A DNA stretch of 33,854 bases from Thiotrichaceae bacterium (GTDB lineage: Bacteria; Pseudomonadota; Gammaproteobacteria; Thiotrichales; Thiotrichaceae), in NCBI GenBank assembly GCA_027030285.1, contig JALVFC010000169.1, positions 1 through 33,854 of the forward strand. The letters are read 5' to 3'. Shown here piece after piece: positions 1-12,077 of this stretch (the first letter of the stretch is position 1; each line of letters begins with the position of its first letter). The translations under genes were made by a program, and so were the position numbers. The notes under the pieces were generated by a model. That model saw only the letters and a program-made list of their open reading frames with translations, had not been told where the DNA came from and searched no databases.

Positions 1-181
1 AGGTGAGTTTGGCTGCTATCTGGTATCAGATGGTTCGAATAAGCCTTACAGGCTGAAGATTCGTGCGCCTGGTTTTGTGCACCTGTCAGCAATGGATGAG
101 ATGGTACGTGGACATATGCTATCAGATGTTGTGACGATTATTGGCACACAGGATATTGTGTTTGGGGAGGTTGACCGCTAA
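1..181 (+). CDS. nuoD: NADH-quinone oxidoreductase subunit D, 3' end (partial; codon phase starts at nt 2)
   Basis: Frame 2 reads [59 protein letters not shown], a typical NuoD C-terminus. The TAA stop at 179-181 overlaps the nuoE ATG (TAATG). Confidence 0.9.
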   Translation, partial: GEFGCYLVSDGSNKPYRLKIRAPGFVHLSAMDEMVRGHMLSDVVTIIGTQDIVFGEVDR

Positions 182-687
182 TGGCTGAGCAACAGAAAGG
201 ACAGGTAGTGCTATCTAGCCATGAAAAGGAAGAGATTGATCGTTGGCTGACACGTTATCCGGAAGATCAGAAGCAGTCGGCACTACTGGCAGCGTTGCGC
301 GCTGTGATGCATGAAGATCATTATATCTCTGTGCCGAAAATGGACGCAATAGCGGATTATTTAGGTCTGGATAAAATCGCGGTTTATGAGGTGGCGAGTT
401 TTTACTCTATGTATGAGCTGGATGAAAAAGCAGCTGCCCGCCATAGTATTGCAGTATGTACCAATGTTTCCTGCATGCTGCGAGGCTCGGATAAAATCGT
501 CGAGCATATCGAAAACAAGCTGGGTATAAAAATGGGTGAGAGTACACCTGATGGCAAATTTTTTATGAAAGTCGAGGAGGAATGTCTGGCCGCTTGTACA
601 GGGGCTCCCATGATGCAGGTTGATCACGTCTATTACACGGATTTAACACCGGAAAAGATAGATGAAATTCTGGATGGGCTGGACTAA
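181..687 (+). CDS. nuoE: NADH-quinone oxidoreductase subunit E (24 kDa, 2Fe-2S)
   Basis: 168 aa. Cys pattern CTNVSC...CLAAC fits the NuoE 2Fe-2S ligands. Position in the nuo operon. Confidence 0.93.
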   Translation: MAEQQKGQVVLSSHEKEEIDRWLTRYPEDQKQSALLAALRAVMHEDHYISVPKMDAIADYLGLDKIAVYEVASFYSMYELDEKAAARHSIAVCTNVSCMLRGSDKIVEHIENKLGIKMGESTPDGKFFMKVEEECLAACTGAPMMQVDHVYYTDLTPEKIDEILDGLD

Positions 688-739
688 TGATAGTGAGTAT
701 AACCAGGATTGCGGCAGGAATTGTGCCAGGGGGTAAGAC

Positions 740-2047
740 ATGGTAGATCAGGTCTGTTTTACAACCAAGCAGTTTGGAGATCAGGCACATACTCTGGAGA
801 GTTACCTGAAAGTAGGGGGCTACCAGGCATGGCAGAAAATTCTTGAAGAGAAAATGTCACCTGATGATGTTATTGACGAGGTGAAAACCTCGGGCTTACG
901 TGGACGAGGTGGTGCAGGCTTTCCTACCGGGCTTAAATGGAGCTTTATGCCCAAGGATATGCCAGGACAGAAGTATATTGTGTGTAATTCGGATGAATCT
1001 GAACCGGGTACTTGTAAAGACAGGGATATTTTGCGTTTTAACCCACATGCACTGGTTGAAGGGATGGCTATAGCGGGTTATTCCATTGGTGCTACGGTGG
1101 GTTATAACTATATGCGTGGCGAGTTTATGGATGAGCCGTTCCTGCATTTTGAAGAAGCGGTGAAAGCAGCCTATGAAGCTGGCTGGTTAGGCAAGAATAT
1201 TAAAGGATCTGGCGTAGATTTTGATTTGTATGGTTCTCTAGGTGCTGGCGCTTATATTTGTGGCGAGGAAACCGCCTTGCTGGAATCACTGGAAGGTAAG
1301 AAGGGTCAGCCTCGTTTTAAACCTCCATTTCCAGCCAGTTTTGGTTTATACGGAAAGCCGACAACGATTAATAACACCGAGTCACTCGCTTCCATTCCTG
1401 CCATTATTCGTAACGGTGGTGAGTGGTTTGCGAAGATGGGCGTAGAAGGAGCAGGAGGCGAAAAGTTGTTTTCGGTTTCTGGTCATCTGGAGAATCCAGG
1501 GAATTTTGAGGTGCCTCTGGGTATACCGTTTCCCGAACTACTGGAAATGGCCGGAGGTATCTGGAAAGGTCGCAAGCTTAAAGCCGTCATACCAGGAGGT
1601 TCATCTGTGCCAGTAGTGCCAGGTGAGCAAATGATGGAATTGACCATGGATTATGACACTATCCAGCAAGCAGGTTCTTTTCTTGGTTCCGGTGCTGTTA
1701 TGGTGATGGATGATCATACTGATATGGTTAAGGTGTTGCAGCGTATTTCCCGCTTCTATTATTCTGAGTCCTGTGGTCAATGTACTCCCTGTCGCGAAGG
1801 TACTGGCTGGCTCTATCGTATGCTGACACGTATCGTCAACGGTCAGGGAAAAATGGAAGATATTGAGCGTCTGGATGATGTGGCACATAAAATAGAAGGA
1901 CGTACCATATGTGCCCTCGGTGATGCTGCTGCCATGCCGGTATGGAGTTTTGTCAAACACTACAGGCATGAGTTTGAATACTATGTAAAGCATGGTCACA
2001 GTATGGTGGATGATGGAATATTTGATGGAGTGGGTGGTGCGTCATGA
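740..2047 (+). CDS. nuoF: NADH-quinone oxidoreductase subunit F (FMN/NADH-binding, 4Fe-4S)
   Basis: 435 aa. Motifs [16 protein letters not shown] and [12 protein letters not shown] are present. Operon order. Confidence 0.95.
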   Translation: MVDQVCFTTKQFGDQAHTLESYLKVGGYQAWQKILEEKMSPDDVIDEVKTSGLRGRGGAGFPTGLKWSFMPKDMPGQKYIVCNSDESEPGTCKDRDILRFNPHALVEGMAIAGYSIGATVGYNYMRGEFMDEPFLHFEEAVKAAYEAGWLGKNIKGSGVDFDLYGSLGAGAYICGEETALLESLEGKKGQPRFKPPFPASFGLYGKPTTINNTESLASIPAIIRNGGEWFAKMGVEGAGGEKLFSVSGHLENPGNFEVPLGIPFPELLEMAGGIWKGRKLKAVIPGGSSVPVVPGEQMMELTMDYDTIQQAGSFLGSGAVMVMDDHTDMVKVLQRISRFYYSESCGQCTPCREGTGWLYRMLTRIVNGQGKMEDIERLDDVAHKIEGRTICALGDAAAMPVWSFVKHYRHEFEYYVKHGHSMVDDGIFDGVGGAS

Positions 2048-4395
2048 GTGATGACTTGATCACAATAACCATTAATGATCAGGAAATTAAAGCCAGGCCT
2101 GGCGCTATGCTGATTGATGTAGCAGATGCTGAAGGTATTCATATCCCCCGCTTCTGTTACCACAAAAAACTCTCGGTATCGGCAAATTGCCGTATGTGCC
2201 TGGTGGAAGTTGAAAAGGCACCGAAGCCCATGCCCGCCTGTGCTACGCCGGTTATGGATGGTATGAAAGTGCTCACTAATTCTGTGAAGGCGCTCTCGGC
2301 ACAGAAATCAACCATGGAGTTTTTGCTGATTAATCACCCGCTTGATTGCCCTATCTGTGATCAGGGCGGCGAGTGTGAATTGCAGGATTTGTCAGTAGCG
2401 CATGGTTCCAGTTCATCGAACTACCATGAAATGAAGCGTGTTGTAGTTGATAAAGACATTGGCCCGCTGATTGAAACGGAGATGACGCGCTGTATTCAAT
2501 GCACACGGTGTGTTCGCTTTGGCGATGAAATTGCGGGGATGCGCGAAATGGGGGCTATAGGTCGCGGTGAGAACATGACCATAGGTACCTATATTGAAAA
2601 AAGCCTGAAATCTGAATTATCCGGAAATATTATTGATATCTGTCCAGTTGGTGCATTGACCGCCAAGCCTTCACGCTATAAGGCAAGAGCCTGGGAGATT
2701 GCTCAGCATCCATCAATAGCATCGCATGATTGTGTAGGTTCAAATATTGCGTTGCATACGTTTAACGGAGAGGTTATTCGCTCAGTCCCACGGGAAAATG
2801 AAGAGATTAATGAGTGCTGGATTTCTGACCGGGATCGATTCAGCTATCAGGGTATCAATGCCGAGGATCGCTTGCAGGAACCCATGATAAAGGTTGATGG
2901 AGAATGGCGCACAGCAACCTGGGATGAAGCACTGGAAAAAGTGGCGGAACATCTGAATCAGGTTGATCCAAATGAAGTAGGTGTTCTCGCATCAGACAGG
3001 GCGACTACTGAAGAGTTGTATTTGCTACAAAAACTCATGCGAGGGAAGGGAGTAGCCAATATTGATCATCGATTGCGACAAACAGATTTCTCTGACCAGG
3101 GTAAAGAACCTCAGTTCCCTTCATTAGGCATGACATTCTCTGAGCTGGAGCAGCAGGAGGTTATTGTACTGGTTGGTTCTGATGTTCGCCGTGATCAGCC
3201 GATGGCGAATCACCGTATTCGCAAAGCTGTGCTGAATGGCGCTAAAGTGATCGCCGTTAACCCGCTGAAATTATCATTTAACTATCCGGTTGAACAACAG
3301 ATAGTAGCTGCTCCTGCTGATTTAGTGGCAAAGCTGGCTGGTATTGCAAGTGCGACAGGTAAAATGCCCCCACAATTGTCTCAGATAGAGCAGCAAGATA
3401 TTAATGGTGCCACAGGTATTGCCAATCTACTCAAAGACGCTGATAAAGCTACCGTGATACTTGGTAATTTAGCGGTACAGCATCCTGCTTATGCGACCTT
3501 GCGTGCTTTGGCTGCTGTCATTGCCAGTAATACAGGAGCTCAGTTATCTTATTTGGCGGAATCTGCAAATACCGCAGCTGCCTGGCTCGCTGGAGTCGTC
3601 CCTCATCGTGTTGCTGGTGGTGAAACAGCTGGCGCCGAAGGCCTGCATGTTACAGATATGTTTATGAAGGCACTAAAGACCTTTGTACTGTTTGATGTAG
3701 AGCCCGAGTTCGATTGCTCTGATCCCCAGAAGGCTGAGGCAGCGATGCATTACGCCAGGGTCATTGCCCTGACACCATTTGCAAGTGACAAAATGCGCGC
3801 CTATGCAGATATCTTGTTACCCATATCTACGTTTGCAGAAACATCAGGAACCTTTATCAACGCAGAAGGTGTCCAACAATCTTTCCGTGGGGCTGCTCCA
3901 GCAATAGGTGCAGCCAAGCCTGGCTGGAAAGTTTTACGAGTGCTTGGCAATCTTATGCAAGTTGATGGCTTTGATTATATGAGTTCTCAGGATGTGCTTG
4001 CTGAATTTAATGAAAGGGTTTCGATAAGCCCCGATAATTCTCGTACTTTTGATGACTCGGATGTGTTCGAAAAGCTTGAGGAAAATACTGGTTTGCAGCG
4101 TATCAGTAGCGTTCATGCCTACTCAGTTGATGGCCTAGTTCGTCGAGCCAATGCTTTGCAGAAGACCTTCTCTCAGGAACGTAATACTGCCTGGTTGAAC
4201 CCTGCTGATATTGAAGAAGCTGGCTTACAACAATGTGATTCTATTATAGTACGCCAGGGTGATGGGCGTGTGGTAATGAGTTTGCAGGCCGATAAGGATG
4301 TGCCACAGGGGTGTGTTCACATGCTTGCGGCGACGAATAAATCCTCTCAGCTGGGTGCATCCTATGGCAGCATTGAAATTCAGGGGGATTGTTAA
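2044..4395 (+). CDS. nuoG: NADH-quinone oxidoreductase subunit G (75 kDa Fe-S subunit)
   Basis: 783 aa. N-terminal 2Fe-2S and 4Fe-4S Cys clusters ([39 protein letters not shown]). ATGA overlap with nuoF. Confidence 0.95.
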   Translation: MSDDLITITINDQEIKARPGAMLIDVADAEGIHIPRFCYHKKLSVSANCRMCLVEVEKAPKPMPACATPVMDGMKVLTNSVKALSAQKSTMEFLLINHPLDCPICDQGGECELQDLSVAHGSSSSNYHEMKRVVVDKDIGPLIETEMTRCIQCTRCVRFGDEIAGMREMGAIGRGENMTIGTYIEKSLKSELSGNIIDICPVGALTAKPSRYKARAWEIAQHPSIASHDCVGSNIALHTFNGEVIRSVPRENEEINECWISDRDRFSYQGINAEDRLQEPMIKVDGEWRTATWDEALEKVAEHLNQVDPNEVGVLASDRATTEELYLLQKLMRGKGVANIDHRLRQTDFSDQGKEPQFPSLGMTFSELEQQEVIVLVGSDVRRDQPMANHRIRKAVLNGAKVIAVNPLKLSFNYPVEQQIVAAPADLVAKLAGIASATGKMPPQLSQIEQQDINGATGIANLLKDADKATVILGNLAVQHPAYATLRALAAVIASNTGAQLSYLAESANTAAAWLAGVVPHRVAGGETAGAEGLHVTDMFMKALKTFVLFDVEPEFDCSDPQKAEAAMHYARVIALTPFASDKMRAYADILLPISTFAETSGTFINAEGVQQSFRGAAPAIGAAKPGWKVLRVLGNLMQVDGFDYMSSQDVLAEFNERVSISPDNSRTFDDSDVFEKLEENTGLQRISSVHAYSVDGLVRRANALQKTFSQERNTAWLNPADIEEAGLQQCDSIIVRQGDGRVVMSLQADKDVPQGCVHMLAATNKSSQLGASYGSIEIQGDC

Positions 4396-5462
4396 TGGAT
4401 AGCTTGATCTCCATCTGGAATACAGTGCCTGAAGCATTACAAACGCTGATTGTTATTTTATTAAAAATTGTAGCTATTGTGTTGCCTTTGATTCTGGCGG
4501 TAGCGTATACCACCTATGCTGAAAGGAAAATTATTGGTTACATGCAGGTGCGGCTGGGGCCGAATCGGGTTGGACCAAAAGGCTGGTTGCAACCCATCGC
4601 GGATACCGTAAAACTGATGTTCAAGGAGATTATTCTCCCTGAAAAGGCAAACCGCTTTACATTTTATTTGGCTCCTGTCATTGCGCTGGCTCCTGCATTG
4701 GTTGCATGGGCGGTTGTGCCATTCTCTTCTGGATTATGGCTTGCTGATATCAATGTTGGATTATTGTTTATTTTAGCGATTACATCGCTAGATGTGTTCG
4801 GTATTATTCTGGCTGGTTGGGCATCCAACTCTAAATACGCCATATTAAGTGCCATGCGCGCAGGGGCACAGGTGGTGTCTTATGAAATTGCTATGGGATT
4901 TGCTCTGGTTGGTGTGCTGATGGCAGCAGGCAGTCTTAACTTGCGTGAAATTGTTGAGGCGCAGGCAGGTGGTCTTTCTCACTGGTTTGCGTGGCCGTTA
5001 TTTGGTTTGATGCTGGTGTATTTTATCTCTGGTGTTGCCGAAACGAATCGGGCGCCATTCGATGTGGCAGAAGGTGAATCAGAAATTGTTGCGGGCTTCC
5101 ATGTGGAATATTCTGGCATGGCGTTTGCGCTCTTTTTCCTGGGTGAATATGCTAATATGTTGCTGATTTCGGCAGTGGCTTCCATTCTGTTTCTGGGTGG
5201 CTGGTTATCTCCTTTTGAGAGTCTTCATGCGTTGACTCAGCTGCCCTATATTGGTTTGCTGTTTGACAATGGTATTCACTGGTTTTTCCTCAAGGTTGCC
5301 TTCTTTATCTTCTTGTATCTTTGGTTCAGGGCAACATTCCCGCGCTATCGTTATGACCAGATTATGCGTCTTGGCTGGAAAATACTGATTCCGGTAACCC
5401 TGGTTTATATCTTTGCTGAAGGTGTGGCAATTTATCTGGGATGGAAGCCATGGTTATCCTGA
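4395..5462 (+). CDS. nuoH: NADH-quinone oxidoreductase subunit H (membrane)
   Basis: Polytopic membrane protein with NuoH/ND1-like sequence ([21 protein letters not shown]). The ATG at 4395 overlaps the nuoG TAA. The ORF track starts 2 codons earlier at a TTG (4389). Confidence 0.92.
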   Translation: MDSLISIWNTVPEALQTLIVILLKIVAIVLPLILAVAYTTYAERKIIGYMQVRLGPNRVGPKGWLQPIADTVKLMFKEIILPEKANRFTFYLAPVIALAPALVAWAVVPFSSGLWLADINVGLLFILAITSLDVFGIILAGWASNSKYAILSAMRAGAQVVSYEIAMGFALVGVLMAAGSLNLREIVEAQAGGLSHWFAWPLFGLMLVYFISGVAETNRAPFDVAEGESEIVAGFHVEYSGMAFALFFLGEYANMLLISAVASILFLGGWLSPFESLHALTQLPYIGLLFDNGIHWFFLKVAFFIFLYLWFRATFPRYRYDQIMRLGWKILIPVTLVYIFAEGVAIYLGWKPWLS

Positions 5463-5487
5463 GCGTGAGTGTGATGAGAGGTTGTCT

Positions 5488-5979
5488 ATGATTGGGACAG
5501 TACAGCACTGGATAAAATCTTTTACACTCCTTGAGTTGTTAAAAGGCATGAGTGTGACTGGTAAACGCTTGTTTACCCGAAAGATAACGATTCAATATCC
5601 TGAGGAAAAAACGCCGATATCTCCTCGTTTTCGGGGACATCATGCTTTGCGACGTTACCCCAATGGAGAGGAGCGTTGTATCGCGTGTAAGTTATGTGAG
5701 GCGGCATGCCCTGCACTTGCCATTACTATTGAGCTGGCGGAAAGAGAAGACGGCACGCGCCGTACCACAAGATATGATATTGATATGTTCAAGTGCATTT
5801 ACTGCGGCTTTTGTGAAGAAGCTTGTCCTGTCGATGCCATTGTAGAGAGCCGCGTGTTTGAATACCATTTTGAAGAGCGTGGCGAAAATATTATGACCAA
5901 GGAAAAGTTGCTGGCATTTGGTGATAAGCATGAAGCCATGATCGCCAGGGATAAAGCCGCTGATGCGCCTTATAGATAG
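5488..5979 (+). CDS. nuoI: NADH-quinone oxidoreductase subunit I (2x4Fe-4S ferredoxin-type)
   Basis: Two CxxCxxCxxxCP motifs ([24 protein letters not shown]). I chose the ATG at 5488, which has a GAGAGG Shine-Dalgarno about 8 nt upstream. The longer 5413 ORF start overlaps nuoH. Confidence 0.9.
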   Translation: MIGTVQHWIKSFTLLELLKGMSVTGKRLFTRKITIQYPEEKTPISPRFRGHHALRRYPNGEERCIACKLCEAACPALAITIELAEREDGTRRTTRYDIDMFKCIYCGFCEEACPVDAIVESRVFEYHFEERGENIMTKEKLLAFGDKHEAMIARDKAADAPYR

Positions 5980-5996
5980 GATCAACTAAGATTATT

Positions 5997-6620
5997 ATGG
6001 GTATCGAACAGATCATCTTTTATCTTTTTTCAGGCATTTTGCTGGTTGCTGCTGTGAGTGTGGTGACGGTGCGAAACCCTGTTTACGCTGCGCTGTTCCT
6101 GATTCTGGCATTTTTCAGTAGCTCTGCAATCTGGATTATGCTGGAAGCCGAATTTCTGGGTGTCACCCTGATACTGGTCTATGTTGGCGCGGTCATGGTG
6201 TTGTTCCTGTTCGTTATTATGATGCTGGATATCAATATCGATATCATGCGCGAGGGCTTTATCCGCTACTTGCCAGTGGGGCTGGTCATCGCTGTGATTG
6301 TTGCTGTGGAAATGATCTATGTTTTGACTGCGGATAGTCTGAATATTGTCATGCCTGCCGCTAAAGCCGCTGACTACAGTAATACAAAGGAGTTGGGTGG
6401 CGTTTTATATACGGATTATGTCTATCCATTTGAAATAGCAGCTGTGATACTGGTTGTCGCGATTATTGCAGCAATTGTGCTGACACATCGTAAGCGTTTA
6501 CCCAATGTGAAATCTCAAAAGCCTTCGCAACAAGTGCGTGTGAAACGGGATGACAGGGTAAGGCTGGTGAAGATGGAAGCTGAAAGTAAGCCCAACGCAA
6601 GCACTCGGGGAGGTCAATAG
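5997..6620 (+). CDS. nuoJ: NADH-quinone oxidoreductase subunit J (membrane)
   Basis: 207 aa hydrophobic protein at the NuoJ/ND6 position in the operon. Confidence 0.88.
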   Translation: MGIEQIIFYLFSGILLVAAVSVVTVRNPVYAALFLILAFFSSSAIWIMLEAEFLGVTLILVYVGAVMVLFLFVIMMLDINIDIMREGFIRYLPVGLVIAVIVAVEMIYVLTADSLNIVMPAAKAADYSNTKELGGVLYTDYVYPFEIAAVILVVAIIAAIVLTHRKRLPNVKSQKPSQQVRVKRDDRVRLVKMEAESKPNASTRGGQ

Positions 6621-6621
6621 A

Positions 6622-6927
6622 ATGATTCCGTTATCACATTTCCTGATTATTGGTGCTTTACTATTTTCTATTAGTGCTGCGGGAATTTTTCTGAATCGAA
6701 AAAATATGCTGATTATTCTCATGTGTATTGAGTTGATGCTATTGGCTGTAAATATCAATTTTATTGCCTTTTCGCACTTTACACAGAATATTCAGGGACA
6801 GGTTTTTGTTTTCTTTATTCTGACTGTTGCCGCTGCGGAGGCTGCGATAGGTCTGGCGATATTAGTGGTGTTGTTCCGAAATCGTGGAACCATCAATGTT
6901 CAAGAACTTGATCAGATGAAGGGGTAG
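6622..6927 (+). CDS. nuoK: NADH-quinone oxidoreductase subunit K (membrane)
   Basis: 101 aa protein with 3 TM segments, at the ND4L-like size and position. Confidence 0.9.
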   Translation: MIPLSHFLIIGALLFSISAAGIFLNRKNMLIILMCIELMLLAVNINFIAFSHFTQNIQGQVFVFFILTVAAAEAAIGLAILVVLFRNRGTINVQELDQMKG

Positions 6928-6934
6928 GGAGTCG

Positions 6935-8929
6935 ATGATGGAAAAAATCTATCTTGCTATACCGTTAGCCCCTCTATTAGGAGCGATTGTTGCTGGTTTG
7001 TTTGGCGGTAAAATCGGTCGCAAGGCAGCGCATGCTGTCACCATTACAGGTGTGGCTGTTGCCTGTATTCTTTCTTTTGTAGTACTCAAGCATATCGCCA
7101 TTGATGGAAATACTTACAACGGTAATGTGTATACGTGGGCGGCGGTTGAAGGCATTCATTTTAATGTTGGCTTCCTCATTGATAACTTGACAGCCATGAT
7201 GATGGTTGTGGTGACTTTTGTTTCCCTGATGGTGCATATTTATACCATTGGCTATATGGAACATGATGAAGAAAACTGGCCTGAAGATAGCCTGGTAGGA
7301 CGTAACAGTTATCAACGTTTCTTTAGCTATATTTCTCTATTCACGTTTTCCATGCTGATGCTGGTTATGTCCAACAACTTTATGCAGTTGTTCTTTGGCT
7401 GGGAAGCTGTGGGGCTGGTTTCGTACTTGCTTATTGGTTTCTGGTCTACCCGGAACACGGCTATTTATGCCAATATGAAGGCATTTCTGGTAAATCGTGT
7501 TGGTGACTTTGGTTTCTTGTTGGGCATTGCGACCGTGCTGATGTATTTCGGCTCCATGCAGTATAGCGAGGTGTTTGCCAAAGCATCTGAAGTTGCAGGC
7601 AAAACGATGAGTATTTCTGGCACGACAGAGTGGTCTGTGATTACTGTGGCGTGTATTTTGTTGTTTGTCGGTGCGATGGGCAAGTCAGCACAGGTTCCGC
7701 TGCACGTTTGGCTGCCTGATTCCATGGAAGGTCCAACACCTATTTCTGCCCTGATTCACGCGGCCACCATGGTGACTGCGGGTATCTTTATGGTGGCGCG
7801 TATGTCACCCCTGTTTGAACTTAGTACTACAGCGTTAAGCGTTGTGTTAATCATTGGTTCAATTACGGCTTTCTTTATGGGGTTGATAGGTATTGTACAG
7901 AATGATATCAAGCGTGTAGTTGCTTATTCTACCCTGTCTCAGCTAGGTTATATGACAGTCGCCTTGGGAGCGTCTGCTTATGGCGCAGCGGTCTTTCACC
8001 TGATGACGCATGCTTTCTTCAAGGCATTATTATTCCTGGCTGCTGGTTCTGTGATTATTGCCATGCATCATGAGCAGGATATGCGCAAGATGGGCGGCTT
8101 GAAAAAGTATATGCCTATTACTTACTGGACATCGTTGATTGGCTCGCTGGCACTGATTGGTTTCCCAGGTTTCTCCGGATTTTTCTCCAAAGATTTGATT
8201 ATTGAGGCGGTGCATGAGACTCATATCCCGGGGGCAACATTTGCTTACTGGATGGTGCTTTTGGGCGTCTTTATTACCGCTTTCTACAGCTTCAGGATGT
8301 TCTTTCTGGTCTTCCATGGTGAGGAGCGTATGGATCATCATACCAAAGAGCATCTAAAGGAGTCTCCCTGGGTAGTTACTGTGCCTCTCATTGCCTTAGC
8401 TATACCTGCGGTTATCAGTGGCTACCTGCTAGATCCTATGGTGTTGGGTGATTTCTTTAAGGGTGTGATCAAAGGTGTTGGTGAGGAAGAATCACTGATT
8501 ACTGAAATGGCGCATCATTATCACGGTATCATGCCATTTATTCTGCATGGTCTGACAGCCCCACCTTTCTGGCTGGCAATGACAGGTCTGGTTTCAGCCT
8601 GGTTTATCTATATGAAGCAACCCGGTATTGCAGACTGGTTTTATAATCGCTTCCACTGGTTGCATACGCTGCTGGAAAATAAGTACTTCGTGGATGACTT
8701 TAACCAGAAAGTCTTTGCTGGAGGAGCTGTTCTGCTGGGCAAGGTATTATGGAAAGCAGGTGATCGCTTCCTCATTGATGATAGCGTTGTGAATGACTCG
8801 GCGAAGTTCGTGGGTAAACTATCTGGTTGGTCCAGGTATTTGCAAACCGGGTATATGTATCATTATGCCATGTCGATGATAGTAGGCGTGTTAGCGCTTA
8901 TCGGCTGGGTGATTTATAAAGCAGGATAG
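6935..8929 (+). CDS. nuoL: NADH-quinone oxidoreductase subunit L (antiporter-like)
   Basis: 664 aa polytopic protein with ND5-like motifs (WEAVGLVSYLLIGFW, SAQVPLHVWLPDSMEGPTPISALIHAATMV). A second ATG at 6938 is an alternative start. Confidence 0.93.
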   Translation: MMEKIYLAIPLAPLLGAIVAGLFGGKIGRKAAHAVTITGVAVACILSFVVLKHIAIDGNTYNGNVYTWAAVEGIHFNVGFLIDNLTAMMMVVVTFVSLMVHIYTIGYMEHDEENWPEDSLVGRNSYQRFFSYISLFTFSMLMLVMSNNFMQLFFGWEAVGLVSYLLIGFWSTRNTAIYANMKAFLVNRVGDFGFLLGIATVLMYFGSMQYSEVFAKASEVAGKTMSISGTTEWSVITVACILLFVGAMGKSAQVPLHVWLPDSMEGPTPISALIHAATMVTAGIFMVARMSPLFELSTTALSVVLIIGSITAFFMGLIGIVQNDIKRVVAYSTLSQLGYMTVALGASAYGAAVFHLMTHAFFKALLFLAAGSVIIAMHHEQDMRKMGGLKKYMPITYWTSLIGSLALIGFPGFSGFFSKDLIIEAVHETHIPGATFAYWMVLLGVFITAFYSFRMFFLVFHGEERMDHHTKEHLKESPWVVTVPLIALAIPAVISGYLLDPMVLGDFFKGVIKGVGEEESLITEMAHHYHGIMPFILHGLTAPPFWLAMTGLVSAWFIYMKQPGIADWFYNRFHWLHTLLENKYFVDDFNQKVFAGGAVLLGKVLWKAGDRFLIDDSVVNDSAKFVGKLSGWSRYLQTGYMYHYAMSMIVGVLALIGWVIYKAG

Positions 8930-8951
8930 TACAGCAACAGGAATAGAATTT

Positions 8952-10466
8952 ATGGAAGGTTGGGCATTACTAAGTCTTGTTATCTGGTTACCTATTATAG
9001 GTGGTCTGATAGTGCTAGTTGCAGGCGATAAGCTGTCACGCCCGGCTGCGCTCATCTTTTCTGTTATAACATTCCTGGTGAGTATTCCTTTGTGGACGGG
9101 ATTTGATCCAACTTCCTATCAGATGCAATTTGAAGAAAAGCACACCTGGATCAGTAGTTTTAATATGTTTTATCATCTGGGGGTTGATGGTATTTCCATG
9201 CCGTTACTGCTACTGAATACCTTTATTACGGTACTCATTGTTATTGCTGGCTGGGAAGTAATTAAAAAGAAACCTGCTCAGTACATGGCTGCTTTTCTTA
9301 TCATGGAAGGGATAATTAATGGCGTGTTTGCAGCACAGGATGCCATGCTGTTTTATATATTCTTCGAAGCCATGCTGATACCCATGTTCCTGGTTATTGG
9401 CGTATGGGGCGGTGTAAATCGTGTTTATGCCACCATAAAGTTCTTCCTTTATACATTTTTTGGTTCGGTTTTCATGCTGGTTAGCCTGCTCTATATGTAT
9501 AACAAATCCGGTAGTTTTGCGATTGCAGATTTTTATAACCTGAAGTTGGGCATGACTGCTCAGGTCCTGATTTTCCTGTCTTTTCTGATAGCTTTTGGTG
9601 TCAAAGTTCCAATGTGGCCAGTGCATACCTGGTTGCCAGATGCGCACGTTGAAGCACCTACAGGTGGATCGGTCATCCTGGCGGCAATTATGTTAAAAAT
9701 TGGTGGCTATGGTTTTTTGCGTTTTTCGCTGCCAATGGTGCCAGATGCTGCTCGTGAACTCACATGGCTAGTGGTCTTTATGTCATTAACTGCCGTTGTT
9801 TATATCGGTTTTGTCGCACTGGTGCAAAAAGATATGAAGAAGTTGGTGGCTTATTCATCTATTGCGCATATGGGGTTTGTCACGCTGGGTTTCTTTCTTG
9901 TGTATGCCATTTATCGGAATACTGGAAGTTACGAAGGTTCTGTTTTAGCCATGCAGGGTGGTATGGTGCAGATGGTCTCACATGGCTTTATCTCAGGCGC
10001 CATGTTCCTTTGTATAGGTGTACTGTATGACCGCATGCATACGCGTGAGATTTCAGCGTATGGTGGCGTAGCCAATACCATGCCTATCTTTACTGCCTTT
10101 TTTGTGTTGTTTGCCATGGCGAACACGGGTTTACCTGGAACTTCGGGATTTGTTGGTGAGTTTATGGTGATTCTGGCTAGTTTTAAGGCAAGTTTCTGGA
10201 TCGCATTTCTGGCGGCGACAACCTTGATTGTAGGTGCTGCCTATACGTTGTGGCTGGTTAAGCGTGTGTTATTTGGTGGTGTAGCAAATGAAGAGGTTGC
10301 CTTATTGCAAGATGTGAATAAACGAGAGTTTCTCTTTTTAGCAGTTTTAGCACTTGCAGTCTTGCTATTAGGTTTATGGCCACAGCCACTGACTCATGTA
10401 ATGGGAGCGAGTATTCAACATATCGTTGAACTTGCTACGCAAAGCAAACTGCCGGGAGTGAACTAA
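8952..10466 (+). CDS. nuoM: NADH-quinone oxidoreductase subunit M (antiporter-like)
   Basis: 504 aa with an ND4-like motif (VPMWPVHTWLPDAHVEAPTGGSVILAAIMLK). Confidence 0.93.
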   Translation: MEGWALLSLVIWLPIIGGLIVLVAGDKLSRPAALIFSVITFLVSIPLWTGFDPTSYQMQFEEKHTWISSFNMFYHLGVDGISMPLLLLNTFITVLIVIAGWEVIKKKPAQYMAAFLIMEGIINGVFAAQDAMLFYIFFEAMLIPMFLVIGVWGGVNRVYATIKFFLYTFFGSVFMLVSLLYMYNKSGSFAIADFYNLKLGMTAQVLIFLSFLIAFGVKVPMWPVHTWLPDAHVEAPTGGSVILAAIMLKIGGYGFLRFSLPMVPDAARELTWLVVFMSLTAVVYIGFVALVQKDMKKLVAYSSIAHMGFVTLGFFLVYAIYRNTGSYEGSVLAMQGGMVQMVSHGFISGAMFLCIGVLYDRMHTREISAYGGVANTMPIFTAFFVLFAMANTGLPGTSGFVGEFMVILASFKASFWIAFLAATTLIVGAAYTLWLVKRVLFGGVANEEVALLQDVNKREFLFLAVLALAVLLLGLWPQPLTHVMGASIQHIVELATQSKLPGVN

Positions 10467-11911
10467 TGGGTGAAGTGATGAATTTTAGCCTGGCTACCCC
10501 TGAGATTTTCTTGTTGTTCTCTACCTGTGCAGTGTTATTGCTGGATGTGTTCCTTAGCGATAAGTGCCGTACCTTTGGGTATATGGCAGCACTGTTAGCA
10601 ATGATAGCTACGGCTTTTCTGGTAGTGTCTTCTTTTGGTATAGAACGCAGTTTTGCTTTTAATGGCATGTATGTACTGGATAATATGTCTGTCATCTTGA
10701 AGGTTTCTGTGTTGCTGGTGGTAATAGCTACTTTTGTGTACGCTCGTTCATACTTGATTGATAGAAATATCTTTAAAGGTGAATTTTATACCTTGAGCAT
10801 GTTTGCGACCCTAGGCATGCTAATTATGATTTCCGCAAATACCTTGCTGGTGATTTACCTGGGGCTTGAGTTGTTATCGTTGTCGCTTTATGCACTGGTT
10901 GCATTCCGGCGTGATGATGGTAGGGCATCTGAAGCGGGTATGAAGTATTTTGTACTGGGGGCTATTGCCTCTGGTATGTTGCTATATGGTATGTCTATTC
11001 TCTATGGGTTGAGTGGGTCACTTGAGTTAAAAGGGGTTGCTGCCTATGTGGCAAGCCAGCAGATCATGCATAACATGGTGCTGCTATTTGGCTTAACATT
11101 TATTATCGTCGGACTTGGATTTAAGTTTGGAGTAGCGCCATTTCATATGTGGGTACCTGACGTGTATCAGGGTGCACCGACTCCGGTAACGATGTTTCTT
11201 GGGTCGGCTCCAAAAATTGCAGCTTTTGCAATGACCATGCGTCTGTTGGTAAATGGTATGGAGTTTGGTGCTGCTGGCTGGCAGCAGATGCTGATACCTC
11301 TGGCAGTGCTATCCATGGTCATTGGTAATATTGCAGCAATCGCACAAAGTAATCTCAAGCGAATGCTGGCATATTCGACGATTTCTCATATGGGATTTGT
11401 ACTCTTAGGTATATTAAGTGCTAATGAACAAGGTTACTCAGCAGCCATGTTTTACGCCATCACCTATGCATTAACTGCATTAGGCGGGTTTGCTGTGATT
11501 ATCCTGTTGAGCCAGTCGGGCATTGAGGCTGAAGAACTGGAAGACTTGCGCGGCTTGAATGAACGTCATCCCTGGTACGCCTTTATGATGATGTTGTTTT
11601 TATTTTCCATGGCTGGAATTCCACCGCTTGTTGGATTCTATGCTAAGCTGGCTGTATTACAAGCAACCGTGCAGGCTGGGTTCATCTGGTTGGCTGTGTT
11701 GGCTGTTACTATGTCGGTTATAGGTGCGTACTATTATTTACGTGCTGTAAAGCTTATGTATTTTGATAAGCCTGTGGAAAGTTCTACCATTTCAATGGGG
11801 TTCAGTTTTAATACTTTACTGGCGGGTAACGGCTTTCTGGTAGTCATTTTGGGTTTGTTTCCTGGTTTGTTAATGGCGCTTTGCGTGGAGGCGGTCAAAA
11901 TGAGCCTATAA
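10466..11911 (+). CDS. nuoN: NADH-quinone oxidoreductase subunit N (antiporter-like)
   Basis: 481 aa with an ND2-like motif (APFHMWVPDVYQGAPTPVT). TAATG overlap with nuoM. Alternative start at the ATG at 10478 (MNFSLATPEIF). Confidence 0.92.
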   Translation: MGEVMNFSLATPEIFLLFSTCAVLLLDVFLSDKCRTFGYMAALLAMIATAFLVVSSFGIERSFAFNGMYVLDNMSVILKVSVLLVVIATFVYARSYLIDRNIFKGEFYTLSMFATLGMLIMISANTLLVIYLGLELLSLSLYALVAFRRDDGRASEAGMKYFVLGAIASGMLLYGMSILYGLSGSLELKGVAAYVASQQIMHNMVLLFGLTFIIVGLGFKFGVAPFHMWVPDVYQGAPTPVTMFLGSAPKIAAFAMTMRLLVNGMEFGAAGWQQMLIPLAVLSMVIGNIAAIAQSNLKRMLAYSTISHMGFVLLGILSANEQGYSAAMFYAITYALTALGGFAVIILLSQSGIEAEELEDLRGLNERHPWYAFMMMLFLFSMAGIPPLVGFYAKLAVLQATVQAGFIWLAVLAVTMSVIGAYYYLRAVKLMYFDKPVESSTISMGFSFNTLLAGNGFLVVILGLFPGLLMALCVEAVKMSL

Positions 11912-12077
11912 TAAAACTGTGGCTCTATGTATTCCCTCTGCCATGTAAGGCGTTAAATTAATCAATACTTCCTTATATCGGGATAAGTGCTTATAATGCG
12001 CACAGTAATGGTATATTCGCTAGCGAACTATTTTACTTTCCAATTGATCAGAAATTTTTAATTCAGGTGTTTTAACA

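Noticed and set aside
31-40. GGTTCGAAT (a tRNA T-loop-like string), plus a general look for tRNA, rRNA and CRISPR.
   Set aside because: The string lies in frame inside nuoD, with no acceptor or anticodon arms around it. I saw no cloverleaf candidates, rRNA-like stretches or regularly spaced direct repeats anywhere in the window.
1601-1999. Antisense ORFs embedded in strongly supported genes. Examples: 1601-1999(-), 9210-9647(-), 18487-18861(-), 20018-20335(-), 25437-25784(-), 33215-33577(+), 33429-33851(+).
   Set aside because: Each lies wholly inside a gene with clear family motifs on the other strand. They have odd amino-acid composition and no recognisable start context. They are the usual shadow ORFs of coding DNA.
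11988-11997. tgcttataat as an extended -10 promoter for the PG-binding protein gene.
   Set aside because: The TG is offset by one base from the extended -10 register and I could not find a matching -35. It is too weak to list as a feature.
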